A stretch of DNA of 59,728 bases from a virus (IMGVR_UViG_3300018421_000026:1-59728); one strand, 5' to 3'; numbered from the stretch's first letter, positions 28,332-37,683 are shown. The notes: generated by a model from the sequence alone, not told the origin. Made by a program: numbers and translations.

Positions 28332-28614
28332 AGTAAATAGTCGTAGAAATAGTTGCTGCTGCAGATACGATAACCTTACCTGCCATGCGAATACCATTGT
28401 CTGCGAAGTCCTGATAAGTGTCGCCGTTTACTTGGAACTTAATGCGACCACCGTTGGTATTACCAAATGGGTCAACAGACGTACCAGTGATAACTACAAT
28501 GCCTGTGCCTACACAGTTAACACCACGAACACGGGTGTCGGTAACAGTCACACTAGTAAGCGAATCTACAAAAGTACCAGTCCCAGAAACAAATGCGCTT
28601 CTAATATTAGTCAT
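28324..28614 (-). CDS. Small beta-rich virion protein
   Basis: RBS AGGAG; first gene after the capsid terminator/promoter. Confidence 0.65.
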   Translation of the reverse strand: MTNIRSAFVSGTGTFVDSLTSVTVTDTRVRGVNCVGTGIVVITGTSVDPFGNTNGGRIKFQVNGDTYQDFADNGIRMAGKVIVSAAATISTTIYYG

Positions 28615-28646
28615 TGATTGCTCCTATAAAAAATGTCAATAGCTAT

Positions 28647-28675
28647 ATTATACTAAAAAAGGGGGTGAGATACAA
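28647..28675 (-). promoter_or_regulatory. sigma70-type promoter overlapping the capsid terminator
   Basis: TTGTAT-17-TATAAT. Confidence 0.65.
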
Positions 28676-28688
28676 GTCCCACCCCCTT
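28655..28688 (-). terminator. Intrinsic terminator after the major capsid gene
   Basis: Minus strand AAGGGGGTGGGA-CTTGTA-TCTCACCCCCTT followed by a T run. Confidence 0.85.
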
Positions 28689-28714
28689 CAAAGGTCAGCT
28701 AATAGGTGTTTTAA

Positions 28715-29635
28715 TTAAGCACCTTGGCTTCCGTAGAAACCACGCCAGTCACTGAAACCAAACGCATAACGCTCACGAGCTTTAAAGCGCAGGTTGCCAG
28801 TGTCGAAGTCAGGCTCCATTTTAGTCTGAAGCGGTGAACGGACGAACATTTTCGCACCATTCGGCACATCAGTCTTAATGAAGTAACCATTCGTGTCCGT
28901 GAAACGGCGGTTCACATAGAAGCCATTCGGGACAAGACCTTGATTGCGAATGCTGTTAATGTCGTTGACATTGGTAGCAGAGTTAGCAATCGTGGTTGAC
29001 AGCGGCGAGTTCAAAATCTGGTCTGCAGTGAAGGCCAGGTCTGACGGGATGTGCAGGCTTTCAGCTTGCGCACCAATCAGGATGCCACGGTCATCTTTAG
29101 TTTTAGAAATAGCAATCAATGCAGTTTCCAAAGCGGCTTCCGAAAGGTCAGAAGCAGCCAAGGCGTTGCTTTGGTCGCCAGCGCCAATGGTCGGGTGTGA
29201 AGCGGAGAAGAAAGCTTGTCCGTCACCACCTGCAAAGGCAGAGTTAAAGCCATTGTTGAAAACATCGGCAGCTTTAACTTGTTTCGTGTTCGCCATAGCA
29301 CGAGCCAAACCTTTGGCACGCAGTTTAGCGAATGTGTCATAGAGGTTGTCCTCCATAGCTTCTTCCGTAACAGCGAAGCCAAGAGCGATTGTCTCATGCG
29401 TATAGCGTGAGGTGTAGCTTTCTTGGGCATCGTCGTAAGATACGGCAGCGCCTTCACCTTTAACAGGTGCAGTGCCGAAGCCAGTGAAGAGAACTTCTTC
29501 CTCAAATGCACGGTCTGAGTTTTCAACGTCAAACAGCGGTGCATGTTCGTCAGCAACTTCCCCATACTCAAGGCCGAATACGGCGTTAAGACCAGGGAGT
29601 AGCTCTTTTGCAATACTTGCTCTATTAATAGCCAT
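28715..29635 (-). CDS. Major capsid protein
   Basis: MAINRASIAKELLPGLNAVFGLEY...SDRAFEEEV...DFDTGNLRFKARERYAFGFSDWRG; high-expression codon usage; followed by a terminator. Confidence 0.9.
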   Translation of the reverse strand: MAINRASIAKELLPGLNAVFGLEYGEVADEHAPLFDVENSDRAFEEEVLFTGFGTAPVKGEGAAVSYDDAQESYTSRYTHETIALGFAVTEEAMEDNLYDTFAKLRAKGLARAMANTKQVKAADVFNNGFNSAFAGGDGQAFFSASHPTIGAGDQSNALAASDLSEAALETALIAISKTKDDRGILIGAQAESLHIPSDLAFTADQILNSPLSTTIANSATNVNDINSIRNQGLVPNGFYVNRRFTDTNGYFIKTDVPNGAKMFVRSPLQTKMEPDFDTGNLRFKARERYAFGFSDWRGFYGSQGA

Positions 29636-29650
29636 TATTATTTATCTCCC

Positions 29651-30244
29651 TTAGTTACCAGCCGTAGCTGTAGTCGGAGCAGTTACATAAACTTGACGGA
29701 AGTTATCCTCGTGCAAGTTAAGTGCTACTTCGATTTTGGTGAAGGCATCGCCTACTGCATTGCCTGGTTCGTCAACAACACCAATAACTTTCAGGTCTTG
29801 TACGCCCGTGCCTACAGTAGAGGCATCAGCGCCAGCGCCTGATTTACCAGTGAAAGTTGAGCCAGCAGCTACAGAAGCAAGTGCCAGTGTTTGACCTACA
29901 ACACCTGCAGTTACCGAAGCGTCTGCTTGAATGATGTAAGTTTGTGCGGGATTGTCAGTGACAAGTCCTACGGCGTTAGTGGCAGAAGTGCCACCAGGCC
30001 AATATGATTTAAACTTTTGCTCCCCGTCTTCTACATAACGACAGCCTTGGAATACACCAACAGTAGCTTGACCAGCGGAAATAATCGCAGTGATATTACC
30101 AGCGGTCACACGGACAGGTTGTCCTGTGTAGATAGAGTTCGAGTCGCCCGAAGCAATTGAGTACTCATTAGTACCATTGCTGTTCGGAGCAGCACCACGA
30201 ATGCGGGAAGGAGTCAAACCATTAGGTGCATAAGTTGCAGTCAT
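29651..30244 (-). CDS. Capsid decoration / minor capsid protein
   Basis: Small-residue-rich, GVFQGC.Y; immediately upstream of the MCP. Confidence 0.6.
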   Translation of the reverse strand: MTATYAPNGLTPSRIRGAAPNSNGTNEYSIASGDSNSIYTGQPVRVTAGNITAIISAGQATVGVFQGCRYVEDGEQKFKSYWPGGTSATNAVGLVTDNPAQTYIIQADASVTAGVVGQTLALASVAAGSTFTGKSGAGADASTVGTGVQDLKVIGVVDEPGNAVGDAFTKIEVALNLHEDNFRQVYVTAPTTATAGN

Positions 30245-30289
30245 AGTATTTTCTCCTATAAATTAGTAACCAAGACTGTCGCTTATAGT

Positions 30290-30778
30290 TTAATCGAAAC
30301 TAGGTGTGCGACCCTTAGTTACATTAGTTCTACTTTGGTTTTGAATCGGCATTCTGCGGTCTGATGAGTTTTCAAGCTGTGCATTGACAGCATCAACCAT
30401 CTCTGCAGATGCGTTTTCAAAGTGTCTTTGTCGAGCTTCTGCACGTTTGATTGGCAACTTAGCAAGCGCCAAATCCCCTCGACATACAGTGCCTTTGTAA
30501 CGACCTTCCTCTCTAATTGCAGAGGTGTGCGCTAGTTCAGGTACTTCTTCAAGAGAAACAAACTCCCAGCCTTCGGCCATTCGTTTACCAACATTTGTAT
30601 AATCGTCACCACCTTTTAGGGTTGTACGTATCCAACGGAGTTTCATTCCTTGGTCTTCAAACCTTGCGGTTACTGATTCGGGAATATCCAAAAGATTCGG
30701 TTCACGATATTCAAAGTCTTCGGCTTCTCTTGTTTCCAGTTCACGACTCTGGGTGCTACGTGTGGTATTTCGTGCCAT
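30290..30778 (-). CDS. Head-module hypothetical protein
   Basis: LRWIR...EGWEFV...GDLALAK; between scaffold and capsid genes. Confidence 0.7.
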   Translation of the reverse strand: MARNTTRSTQSRELETREAEDFEYREPNLLDIPESVTARFEDQGMKLRWIRTTLKGGDDYTNVGKRMAEGWEFVSLEEVPELAHTSAIREEGRYKGTVCRGDLALAKLPIKRAEARQRHFENASAEMVDAVNAQLENSSDRRMPIQNQSRTNVTKGRTPSFD

Positions 30779-30798
30779 AAGTGTATATCCTTTCGCAA

Positions 30799-31833
30799 CT
30801 ATCGGTTAATGGTAGTATACTCGCCTTCGCCTGCCTTTTCGACTTTTAGCTTTTCGGCTGCATACTGTTCAAGTGATATGCCCCATTTTTCTGCAAGGCG
30901 TACATCTTCTTGTGAGAGTTTTACCTTCTTACTTGATGAGGGTGCTGGAGTGTGCGAAGCTCCTGCAACCACTTGAGCAGGTGTTGACGTTTCCTGCGCT
31001 ACGGGGGTTTCGGCTGCTACTTCTTTGGTAGCTTTTCCAAACTTGCTTGGGAATTGCTCTGCCATGCGGCGGTCAATTTCCTGATAATAGTCATCGTCAG
31101 CTGGGTCAAACCCTTCTTCTTGAACTGCATTATCAATCTCAAGAGCAACTGCAGTTAACACACGGTCATTGTTAAACCAATCATTTGCTGCTGCCCAGTT
31201 AGTTGCCTTACGTTGTGCCTCTGACACATTGGCAGTCTGGGCTTGTTGTTGTTGCTCCTCAAATGTTTGAGGTTCAAAAGAGTCGGCCTGCTGGCGAAAC
31301 TCTGTCAGCCTATAGTTATCTTGCTGGGCAGTATTAAGAGATTCTTGTGCCTTCAAGATATTATCGGCATCGCCGCTTTCTACGGCCTGACGGTACGCAG
31401 CACGAGCAAGCTCTAAACGTTCCGTCACTTGACGCTCGTTAGATTCAACATTATTATTTAAGAGATTCTTGTATTCTTCTTCTCTCTGTTGAAGCTTGGT
31501 TTGCATTTCCTTCTGTTGTGCCAAAAGGTTTTCAATTTCAGCTTCACGTTCTTTTTTCTGTTTTACCAGTTGTCGAATGCGTTTTTGAGCGCCAGATGTT
31601 TCTACACCCTTTGTTTCTTTTTCTTGCTCTTCTTCAATTGTAGGGGTAGTTTCTTCTTGGGGTGCTTCGGCTTCCACTTTTGCTTCAGGCTGTTGCTCTT
31701 CGGCTTTAGTTTCCACTTCAGCTTGAGGTGCGTCTGCTTCTTCGGCATCTTGTTCACCTTCAATTTCAAATTCCACCTTTTCTTGTTCAGGGGGTGAGCC
31801 TGGTTCGATGGTAGACCATTCAGTCTCTGCCAT
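30799..31833 (-). CDS. Capsid scaffolding protein
   Basis: Acidic coiled-coil, QKRIRQL, W...N.WF, C-terminal VKLS......A.K.GISLEQYA. Confidence 0.75.
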   Translation of the reverse strand: MAETEWSTIEPGSPPEQEKVEFEIEGEQDAEEADAPQAEVETKAEEQQPEAKVEAEAPQEETTPTIEEEQEKETKGVETSGAQKRIRQLVKQKKEREAEIENLLAQQKEMQTKLQQREEEYKNLLNNNVESNERQVTERLELARAAYRQAVESGDADNILKAQESLNTAQQDNYRLTEFRQQADSFEPQTFEEQQQQAQTANVSEAQRKATNWAAANDWFNNDRVLTAVALEIDNAVQEEGFDPADDDYYQEIDRRMAEQFPSKFGKATKEVAAETPVAQETSTPAQVVAGASHTPAPSSSKKVKLSQEDVRLAEKWGISLEQYAAEKLKVEKAGEGEYTTINR

Positions 31834-31891
31834 AGTATTTTCTCCTGTTTAACGTCTGCGGCGAAATAGACGAATAACGCCGATACATAAT

Positions 31892-31920
31892 ATTATATAG
31901 TATGATTGTTTAATTCACAA
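31892..31920 (-). promoter_or_regulatory. sigma70-type promoter for the scaffold-capsid operon
   Basis: TTGTGA-17-TATAAT. Confidence 0.65.
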
Positions 31921-31938
31921 GAGTGACTGTGAATTTTT

Positions 31939-32346
31939 TTAATTGCTTAGATTAAATGTAGGGTCTAAGTCTTTTGCATCTTCGACTACCATCTTGATGT
32001 CATCATCAAACAATAGCAAAAGATTTACGCCCTTGTAAAAAAATTTGCTTCCTGTATGTTTTCCATAACACACAAAGTCACCTTCTTTACACCAAGGACC
32101 ATTGGCAAACTTCTCGTCTTTATAAGCTAGGTCGCCAACTTTTAGAACACGGCCAACTGTTGTAAGGTAAGCCATGTCCGATTTGGTTGAGTCAGGCAAA
32201 AGGATACCACCCTTAGTTGCTGACTTAACTGATACTGGACGAACAAGGATATGGTATCCAGGAATTTCTGGAAGCGGATTTGGGTCTGCAATATCCTCGT
32301 CTGTAATCCATTCATCGTTTTTCAAAGCACTAGATGCAGCTTGCAT
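31939..32346 (-). CDS. groES: Co-chaperonin GroES-like
   Basis: HILVRP...TKGGILLP...GRVLKVG.......GDFV.YGKH.G. Confidence 0.85.
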   Translation of the reverse strand: MQAASSALKNDEWITDEDIADPNPLPEIPGYHILVRPVSVKSATKGGILLPDSTKSDMAYLTTVGRVLKVGDLAYKDEKFANGPWCKEGDFVCYGKHTGSKFFYKGVNLLLLFDDDIKMVVEDAKDLDPTFNLSN

Positions 32347-32348
32347 AT

Positions 32349-32531
32349 TTACTCCTCTTCGATATATTTATTCAGATAATCTTTGATAAGACCTACGGCC
32401 TTTTCTAAACCAGCGATTGTTCCCACTGATTCACAGTATCTAGAATAATCCGAAGCGGCTCCATACGCAAGCGAATTTTTTATAGACTCAATTTCTTTTT
32501 GTATTTCTTTTACTAACTCTTCGTATAACAC
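32349..32531 (-). CDS. Hypothetical protein
   Basis: 60-aa helical ORF coupled between portal and groES. Confidence 0.65.
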   Translation of the reverse strand: MLYEELVKEIQKEIESIKNSLAYGAASDYSRYCESVGTIAGLEKAVGLIKDYLNKYIEEE

Positions 32532-35032
32532 TACTCAATGCCTTGTTGCTTGATTACGTCTGCCAATAGTTTAGCAGAAACTTTAGCTTCTTCCAAGTCA
32601 TTATTTTCTTGGGCTTTCAGCAAGTCGGCCAGTACGTCCATAGCTTTCAATGCACGCTTGGCATCTCTGTCCTCTTGCTTCTGGTAAGCTTTCATTTGTT
32701 CCTGCGCTCCTTTGGCTTGCGTATCGAGAACAATCTTCTGTTCTTTTAAGTCAAGGTCACGATTTTTAAGTGCTGCATCTGCCTGTGCTTTAGCAATCTG
32801 TGCAGCAGTTTTATTCTGTTCTACCTGAAGTTTCTGTGCTTCAATCGCCAGCATTTGTTGTTCAGGTGTAGCTGGTCCTTGAGCAGCTGCGGCATTAGCC
32901 TGCAGAATTTGCTGGGCAGCTTGTGCCTGTACCTGCTCAATGGCTGACGGGTCAAGTGCGATTTGACCAAGTGTTTCTGGATTTTGCAATGCAGCATTGT
33001 ACAGACCCATCATTTGCTCTTTATATTTAAGCATCATGTGTTCTGTAATATTATCTTGAAGAACTGCCGCAATCATTTTAAACGCAGGGTTGCGTTGCTG
33101 ATTCATTGGGTCTTGCAAGAAGGCAGTCTTAACTGCTACATGTGCATCATGGTTTTGTCCTTCAAATGCTTTGATGGGCTTGCCTTCTGAAGCAATCATA
33201 ATATCTGTCATTGCGTCATGCGGTTGTGCCTCTTCTTTAATAGGCATAAGTTTGTCTACATCAGGAACATTGGCAGTAGTCAGCAGCATTCTATTGATTG
33301 CTTCCATGTCGAACATTCCTGGCGCAGACTGCTGTGCAACCTGTTGTACCATTTGAATAAGCATCATACGCTGTGCATTAGACGGAATGTTCGGGTCAGA
33401 TACTGGGATAATATCTACACGGCCATCAAAGTCTGCTTTAAATACTTTTTCGCTTATACCTGGAAGGTCATAAGGATATTCTCCAGGCAATGACTCGTGG
33501 TTAACACGTGCCAATACTTTAAACTCATCACCCTGCGCTTTGTGCAGCCGCTTGTGAATAGCAGAGAAGAACTTGCTTGAGGCTTCGAGCAATGCCATTG
33601 TTGTGCCAACTGGACCATAGCCACCGCTGTCTGCAATGACTTGCTCTGTGCTATCGGCAAATTTCTGACCTGCTCCTGTCACAAAGGACAGCATGTTGAA
33701 CAAAGTCTGTGAAGGTTCTTTAAACGGCAACGGAATAATAGACTTAGACAAGTCCATGCCTGTTGCTTCTACTTCTTTAAATTCCCCAGGCGCAATAGGG
33801 TCGTTGTCACCCACCATACGCACGCCTTTAGCTTTGAAGCCACCAGGGAGGTTAGCGAACTGACCAGCATCAAGCAGGCTGCGCATAGCAGCGGTAGCAG
33901 ACATAGTAAGGTTACCAAGGAAGTGAATAAGACCCAGACCATAGAAACCGAAGCCTGGTACATAGCGGTAATGAGTGAAGTGCATTTTCTTAACATACTT
34001 GTCATCTCCTTCTGACCAGTTGCGGCGAATCGAAAGCACCTGACCCGACTGCTGTTCTACAGTTACAATATATGGACAGGCAGTCTTGCCTTTGTGCATC
34101 TTGTCTTCTTCAAGTTCTAGATAGCAGTGCTGTTCTAGCAACACATACTGCGGGTCATTATCTCCTGCAGGTGACAGACCAAGAACTGTGTCCATCTTTT
34201 CTGCCATGCCTGACAAAGTAGGAACACCTGCTTCAGGAAGTTCCATATCGGCATACATGCCTGCTTCTATCTGGCGAGATAAATCGACAGGGCTGCGGTA
34301 AATAACATGAGTGTAACGGTCTGCTCTGCGAAGGTCAGACGCATAGTAAGACACATAAAACTGGTCAATAGGTACGAACTCACTAACGGGTCGGTCAAGA
34401 CTTGAATCATAATAAATCTTCTTAACAGCAGAACCAATCAGCGGCAGATGAAACAGCATACGCTCAAACTCATCGAAGTATTCAGGCATCTGAGTAGTTA
34501 CCTGATAGTTCATAAAGTTCTGTACACGATTGGCTTGCTGTTGCCTTTCTAATGTTGCATCACCAAGAACCTGTGCTTTGACTGGTCCTTTGGCAGGAAA
34601 CAATTCTTGTGAAGCTTTGGATTGGAACTTAACTGCCGACTCAATCAACAGTGGATGAACAGCCGTGGCTGCACCTTCAAATGGTTCAGTCGTATCTTCC
34701 AGCTTCAGACCAAGCAGGTCAAAGCCACGCTCAAACATTGATTCCCATTCTGCACGAGAATCTTTGTCTGCTTCAAACTTGTCAATAACTGTGTTGCCAA
34801 TCTCTTCAAGCTTATCTTCGTCCAAGATGTCTACAAGGTTCTCATAGAATCCTGAGTTCATATTAACTTCTACTTCGATTGACTCTGCTGACCCTTCAAG
34901 GTCTACAGTAATCTCGCCTGTCTCTGGGTCTAACTCGAAGGTTGCTTCCGTTTCGGAGGGCTGCTGCATTTCCATGCGAATAACATTATCACCCTCTGGG
35001 CGTTGCTCATAAGGATTTCTCTCTGTTGCCAT
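32531..35032 (-). CDS. Portal protein with long C-terminal helical barrel
   Basis: 833 aa, downstream of TerL; PGFGFYGLG, PVGTTMALLE, Q/A-rich C-terminus (P22-like). Confidence 0.85.
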   Translation of the reverse strand: MATERNPYEQRPEGDNVIRMEMQQPSETEATFELDPETGEITVDLEGSAESIEVEVNMNSGFYENLVDILDEDKLEEIGNTVIDKFEADKDSRAEWESMFERGFDLLGLKLEDTTEPFEGAATAVHPLLIESAVKFQSKASQELFPAKGPVKAQVLGDATLERQQQANRVQNFMNYQVTTQMPEYFDEFERMLFHLPLIGSAVKKIYYDSSLDRPVSEFVPIDQFYVSYYASDLRRADRYTHVIYRSPVDLSRQIEAGMYADMELPEAGVPTLSGMAEKMDTVLGLSPAGDNDPQYVLLEQHCYLELEEDKMHKGKTACPYIVTVEQQSGQVLSIRRNWSEGDDKYVKKMHFTHYRYVPGFGFYGLGLIHFLGNLTMSATAAMRSLLDAGQFANLPGGFKAKGVRMVGDNDPIAPGEFKEVEATGMDLSKSIIPLPFKEPSQTLFNMLSFVTGAGQKFADSTEQVIADSGGYGPVGTTMALLEASSKFFSAIHKRLHKAQGDEFKVLARVNHESLPGEYPYDLPGISEKVFKADFDGRVDIIPVSDPNIPSNAQRMMLIQMVQQVAQQSAPGMFDMEAINRMLLTTANVPDVDKLMPIKEEAQPHDAMTDIMIASEGKPIKAFEGQNHDAHVAVKTAFLQDPMNQQRNPAFKMIAAVLQDNITEHMMLKYKEQMMGLYNAALQNPETLGQIALDPSAIEQVQAQAAQQILQANAAAAQGPATPEQQMLAIEAQKLQVEQNKTAAQIAKAQADAALKNRDLDLKEQKIVLDTQAKGAQEQMKAYQKQEDRDAKRALKAMDVLADLLKAQENNDLEEAKVSAKLLADVIKQQGIE

Positions 35033-35040
35033 TTGTATTC

Positions 35041-35277
35041 CTATTTATTAGTTAGAATAAATTCGTCATATCGCTGTTCTACACAGCGTGTGTATTGTGT
35101 CGTTCCTTCGGTGTGTCCAAACTTTGTACACAGCTTTAGGGCATTGCTTAATGCTATCTGTTGTAGGTCTAACTCTCTTTTCATTTTGGCAGCTGCAAAC
35201 ATTGGTGTGCAGGCCGATAAAAACAGAACTGTTAGTATGACCAAAAGAACCACTAAAGTCTTAGTTCTAATATCCAT
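35041..35277 (-). CDS. Small lipoprotein (78 aa)
   Basis: Start moved to MDIRTKTLVVLLVILTVLFLSA-C (lipobox); ATG lies 7 nt after a TATAAT. Confidence 0.65.
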   Translation of the reverse strand: MDIRTKTLVVLLVILTVLFLSACTPMFAAAKMKRELDLQQIALSNALKLCTKFGHTEGTTQYTRCVEQRYDEFILTNK

Positions 35278-35284
35278 ACGGCAT

Positions 35285-35313
35285 ATTATACCACTAAGTT
35301 CTCCAGTATCCAA
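35285..35313 (-). promoter_or_regulatory. sigma70-type promoter for lipoprotein/portal (leaderless)
   Basis: TTGGAT-17-TATAAT. Confidence 0.6.
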
Positions 35314-36850
35314 CCCTCTTTGTTCTACGAGGGTTATAATCGTCTTCCCAGCTAGGGTCTTCATTGTGTGACACATGCCAGCTGTCCCGCATATAATGGA
35401 TAGCCATAGTCATTGCGTCCACCTGGTCATCGTGTGCGCCATTGGGAAATGCTAGACATTCATCGAATAAATCCTTTGCCCACTCTTTGCCCTTCGGGAT
35501 GTAGACACGACCCGACTCCATAAGAGGCGTAGCGGCATAGACACGTGAAACCTTGTCCCTGTCAGGAAGGTAGTCCAAAACAGGTAGTCCAGCGAGGCGC
35601 ATATCCTGAAGCAACGATTGACCAGAAGCCTTCTTCTCAATGATACACACATCTGGTCTGTGCTTTTGGTAAAGATGTTGCGCCGTTCTGCGAAGGTCAG
35701 GATATTCGAAGCGCTCTTTAACATTGCCGAGAAGGATGAGATTGGGAACGACATATTCACCGCCGTACTCGTCCTGCTCGACTTGGTGAAAGATACCCCA
35801 GGTTTGGATGACACTATAGTCTGCCGTTTTCTTAGTAGAGAAGGCCGTGTCATACGTTTGAATGATAAACTCGCAGTGCGGCGGGTCTTCGTACTCCCAC
35901 CACTGAAACCAATTCTTTTTGATAATCCCACCTTCGTCTGGCGATGGGTTTTGCATGTATAGCGCATCCCAGTATCTACTCCCGTTACTTGCTCGTATCT
36001 CTTGTTCGTCTAGCTTCAATACTTCATCTGGCTTCCACTCTGGAAAGTATGATGTACCTTCGGGCAAACCCAATAAGTCTGCTGCAGTTTCGTCCAGCCA
36101 TGCAGGAATGCTGATTACTTCCCACGGCTCTGTGGTAAACTCTGACTCCTGCTTGAGCAACCAGCCACACAGGTCATCAAAGTGATAGCGTGTGTTAATA
36201 ATAATAATGCTACCATTCGGCATCAGGCGGGTACGCAGACCAGAAGGCCACCACTCCTTGATATATCTACGGCCTGAGTCGCTGAAGCTGTCTTCTTCTG
36301 ACATAACGTCATCTAGCAAGGCCAAATGCGCACCCCGACCTGCAATCTGTGACCGCACACCTGCAGCATAGTACGAGCCATTGTGGTTTGTTTTCCATTT
36401 GCCTGCTGCCTTAACGTCTGACCGCAGGGACACACCCTTGAACACACGCTGGAAGTCCTCCGTATTTACAATGTCACGGACAGAACGGCCAAAGTCACTG
36501 GCAAGCTGGTCACTGTGGGACACAGACATAATCTCATGGTTCGGCTCACGGCCAATATACCACGCAGGAAAGATTTTACTAGTAATAAGCGACTTGCTTG
36601 AGCGTGGTGGCAGGAAGACCATCAGTCTTTTTATCTCACCATCGGCTACTTTCTGCAATCTGTCGCACAATAGCTCGATATGCCGCCCCATTTTGAAGTC
36701 AGTTACTAGGGTCGGGGCTACTCTGCGTACAAATGTAAGCAAATCTTCCTTTGATTTTTCTTGAATATATTTATCTAGTGCTTTATCTAGTGTCTGGTAG
36801 TCTAGATAACCACCAGATTCTACCACATCTTGTATTTCTTCTAATTCCAT
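35294..36850 (-). CDS. terL: Terminase large subunit
   Basis: PPRSSKS Walker A, LLDD Walker B, DTA/ADYS nuclease motifs, IEKKASG, FPNGAHDDQVD. Confidence 0.95.
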   Translation of the reverse strand: MELEEIQDVVESGGYLDYQTLDKALDKYIQEKSKEDLLTFVRRVAPTLVTDFKMGRHIELLCDRLQKVADGEIKRLMVFLPPRSSKSLITSKIFPAWYIGREPNHEIMSVSHSDQLASDFGRSVRDIVNTEDFQRVFKGVSLRSDVKAAGKWKTNHNGSYYAAGVRSQIAGRGAHLALLDDVMSEEDSFSDSGRRYIKEWWPSGLRTRLMPNGSIIIINTRYHFDDLCGWLLKQESEFTTEPWEVISIPAWLDETAADLLGLPEGTSYFPEWKPDEVLKLDEQEIRASNGSRYWDALYMQNPSPDEGGIIKKNWFQWWEYEDPPHCEFIIQTYDTAFSTKKTADYSVIQTWGIFHQVEQDEYGGEYVVPNLILLGNVKERFEYPDLRRTAQHLYQKHRPDVCIIEKKASGQSLLQDMRLAGLPVLDYLPDRDKVSRVYAATPLMESGRVYIPKGKEWAKDLFDECLAFPNGAHDDQVDAMTMAIHYMRDSWHVSHNEDPSWEDDYNPRRTKRVGYWRT

Positions 36851-36887
36851 ATTGCTTTTCTGCAGTCAGTGTTGCATATTTGCACTA

Positions 36888-36916
36888 TTGCAAACTGTTT
36901 GAATCCATGCTATACT
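36888..36916 (+). promoter_or_regulatory. sigma70-type promoter with extended -10
   Basis: TTGCAA-17-TATACT with TGn. Confidence 0.6.
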
Positions 36917-36922
36917 ATCTTT

Positions 36923-37103
36923 ACTTTAAAGTTCGGAGGTAAATATATAGGAGGATAGTCTATATAGATTTGTGCAGCCCCCGCTAGGTAGTTCTGGACA
37001 ACTACAGCTATTATACTTCGGACACAACTACTACACAAGCACAATAACTACACCACAAAACAACTGCCAACTCCAGAAGCCCCCGCCCGTGGGGGTTTTT
37101 TTT
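36923..37103 (+). ncRNA. Candidate small RNA (about 180 nt)
   Basis: Bounded by a promoter and an intrinsic terminator; no convincing ORF; short hairpins. Confidence 0.4.
37077..37103 (+). terminator. Intrinsic terminator
   Basis: AAGCCCCC-GCCCGT-GGGGG followed by T8. Confidence 0.8.
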
Positions 37104-37503
37104 GTGTCTGATGAAGTATCCTGGTAATTTTGGTCAGTATATTCCAGGGGTATATTATATATATGTATGCAGGCACGTTTTGTGGGTGGGGGTGCGTGCG
37201 AGACTTCCCTAGATTTCAGCCGATTCTGCCAAAGAATCCTTTCCTGTGGCAAATTTACCACATATTCTATGTGTTTTTATGAAGAACTCACCAGATTTCA
37301 CACGAAGTGTGTCTAATATGCCACACCAGAGGGCTTCCCATGCCCTTGCGAGATAGACTACCCCCGCCCCTAAGTGTATGACATACTTGCGGAAATAACT
37401 ACCCGTGTGTATTACACATATGTGTTTACGTGTTTTAATATTCCCCCTGAAAGGGTGAAGGAATATATAAAACACTTAACACATTTGATGAAAGGTTTGA
37501 TGA

Positions 37504-37683
37504 ATGTTTTGGAATGGTTTGATTAACTCGCTCTTAGGCTTTAGCCTAGCTATCTTCGCCGTGATTATCGTAGTGGCGCAGATAGACTTCCCGCCACTCG
37601 CTACGCTGCTCTTGCCAGTGCTTGCATTGGGCTTGTGCATTAGCGGAATGGTGATGATGACTGTAGGTAATCCTACGGATTAA
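37504..37683 (+). CDS. Small two-TM membrane protein (59 aa, not in ORF track)
   Basis: MFWNGLINSLLGFSLAIFAVIIVVAQIDFPPLATLLLPVLALGLCISGMVMMTVGNPTD; RBS GAAAGG. Confidence 0.55.
   Translation: MFWNGLINSLLGFSLAIFAVIIVVAQIDFPPLATLLLPVLALGLCISGMVMMTVGNPTD

Noticed and set aside
28689-28760. T7 10A/10B-type capsid frameshift
   Set aside because: No clear slippery heptamer, and a terminator follows the stop closely
36990-37075. Mini CRISPR array from AACTAC-like repeats
   Set aside because: Words are 6-7 nt, irregularly spaced, with no spacer-sized intervals
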